From Mytilus californianus (lineage: Eukaryota), in the NCBI RefSeq assembly GCF_021869535.1, contig NW_026262582.1:59582001-59646000 (forward strand): 64,000 bases of DNA. The letters run 5' to 3'. The translations under genes were made by a program, and so were the position numbers. Under the pieces are notes generated by a model. That model was not told the origin of the DNA. It made no database searches and worked only from the letters and a program-made list of their open reading frames with translations. Shown piece by piece: positions 62,247 through 64,000 of this stretch (position 1 is its first letter; each line of letters starts with the position of its first letter).

Positions 62247-64000
62247 AAATATAATCACTATATACACTGACCGTATATCGCCTTTTTTATGACGTTGGCA
62301 ATGCGTGTGCAATACAGAATACAGGTTCGCGAAGTTTTTACGTTGTCCGCTTCAAATTTACAAATGATGGTTTTACCCTAAATATTTTTTTGGAACAAAT
62401 ATAAGTGTTGCAGTATATAAAAAAAAAAACATACATTGTCTCGAAATATAAATCTTATTTGTAGTCGGCCTTAAAAAGATTAGTGCATTTCATTTGCCTC
62501 ATATAAAAGCAATGTGTAGGAAGTATGTGGTGAAAAGATTAATACATATACTTTTCAATAACGGTCCTATGTTTGTAGTTGTTCTAAATGTGGACATCAA
62601 CCGTACCAACCAAATGCACACTATGCATCCTAATATTATTAGATTGTACAGCATAACTGGCTGAGAAGCTGACTGTTTTGATTCTACAAAAGAAGCTAAC
62701 TGTTATATGTAATTAGCTCTAAACTACAATCTTGATTCGATTTCGAGACAATGTATGTTTTTTTATATACTGCAACACTTATATTTGTTCCAAAAAAATA
62801 TTTAGGGTGGTACGGTTGATGTCCACATTTAGAACAACTACAAACATAAAATGGAATGTATTGGCAACATGGATGAATAAAAGAAATAAATATTGAAGGC
62901 GCGGAGATAAAACTTTTAACAAATTAACTGCTTTTGCCTTATATGTGTTTGTAATAAGATTTAGAAGATACAAAGGGGCAATCACAAATCAAAAACAACA
63001 GGCTATATATATACTTGTAACAGCCAAAATGGTCAAAAAAGAAAAAGAAAAAAAAAAACCAACAGAAATAGATCACATCACATTAACCTAAAGTTTAAGC
63101 AACACAACCTACAGCAAATTCGGAGTGAATTAAGGTACTTCCTCAGAGTCAGCAGTTATTGTTCTACTAGTGACTAAATACATTGATAAGTATTATCAAA
63201 CATCTTGCAATAAAAGACAGATAACAGTGTCTTGAATAACAGTAAGATATCAACAACTATTATTATACTTTTAAATAATCTAACTGATTTGAGTCACATG
63301 TTCAATTGTAATATCAAAGGTAGACAGACAATGGCAGATGGAAAAGTGATATTACACAGTTATTTTTATTTAAAAAAAAAGACATAATTCGCACAACATA
63401 TGAAGTGAATTTGTTTTATTTCAGGCATATTGACAATAATAATATAACAATTATAGCCTTCGAATGATATCGATATGAAGATATATTGACAAAAAAAGTA
63501 TATCGACCTTAGACGTCGTCTGCAGTCGATGTACTTTTTTCAGGTCGATATATCCTCGTATCGAACTCATACACAAGCTATACTTGTATATTACAAGAAT
63601 TTATCGGTGAATGTAAAATATCTTACCCTGAGACTTAACTGAATTTGAAAATTTGAAATTGGATCGAGGTTTTTTCAAGACAAAGGTTTTTCGATATGTT
63701 TATTTCTAAAGACATTTTAAAAAAATAAATGATATAATCATCATTGAAACCAATAGGAACAGCAACACAAACTACGTAACCACCAGACAAGGGGCCAGCA
63801 CATGTGCTTTTCACATCTTACGCGTTGCAAGCTAAGTGAAAAGGCGATAGAAAGGTAACAACAAACGAGAAGAGGATTGCATCGAGGTTACAAAAAGCTG
63901 ATCATATCGTTTCGTTATCATCTGTGACAAATACAATCTCTTGGATAGAATTTAAACTTAAAAATATATATCATAAGCAGCCACTCGATGGCGTGTCACT
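62185..64000 (+). repeat. Diverged duplicate of window positions 1-2555, with an internal complex rearrangement
   Basis: Colinear with 1-405 (to ~62567) and with ~1455-2555 (from ~62808). The 406-1330 equivalent, including exon 656-913, is missing. Confidence 0.95.
63544..63606 (+). other. Possible 63-nt phase 1-1 exon (GRYILVSNSYTSYTCILQEFI)
   Basis: TACTTTTTTCAG|GT acceptor and ATCG|GTGAAT donor, open frame. Supported only by splice logic. Confidence 0.3.

Overview
AT-rich, intron-rich eukaryotic DNA. The repeat families look like those of a bivalve mollusc (Mytilus-like); this is recalled by eye, not searched. No rRNA, tRNA or CRISPR was found, and most six-frame ORFs are repeat-derived noise. 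The real content is a + strand tandem cluster of small type-I membrane receptor paralogues. Their architecture is signal peptide, truncated EMI-like 'xNVC...CCxxFY...CxP' module, MEGF10/CED-1/SCARF-type EGF repeats, S/T-rich stalk, TM helix and short cytoplasmic tail. About 6-7 units are recognisable. One near-complete model has an open frame (12952-17600). Four TM exons (17.3, 29.7, 39.1, 47.0 kb) carry different tails, and several units are pseudogenised. The array was built by nested duplications: 1-2555 recurs at ~62185-64000, ~39.7-46.7 kb recurs at ~49.0-54.5 kb, and there is a local 6.9-10.95 kb duplication. The last copy carries a multi-template-switch inversion junction that deleted an EGF exon. 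Mobile DNA includes two Penelope-like RT fragments, a Harbinger/ISL2EU-type TIR element with a transposase remnant inserted in an (AGT)n tract, a nested SINE/TIR/MITE stack, and many short interspersed repeats. All exon models are manual, from splice signals, phase and motif similarity, and have no expression support.
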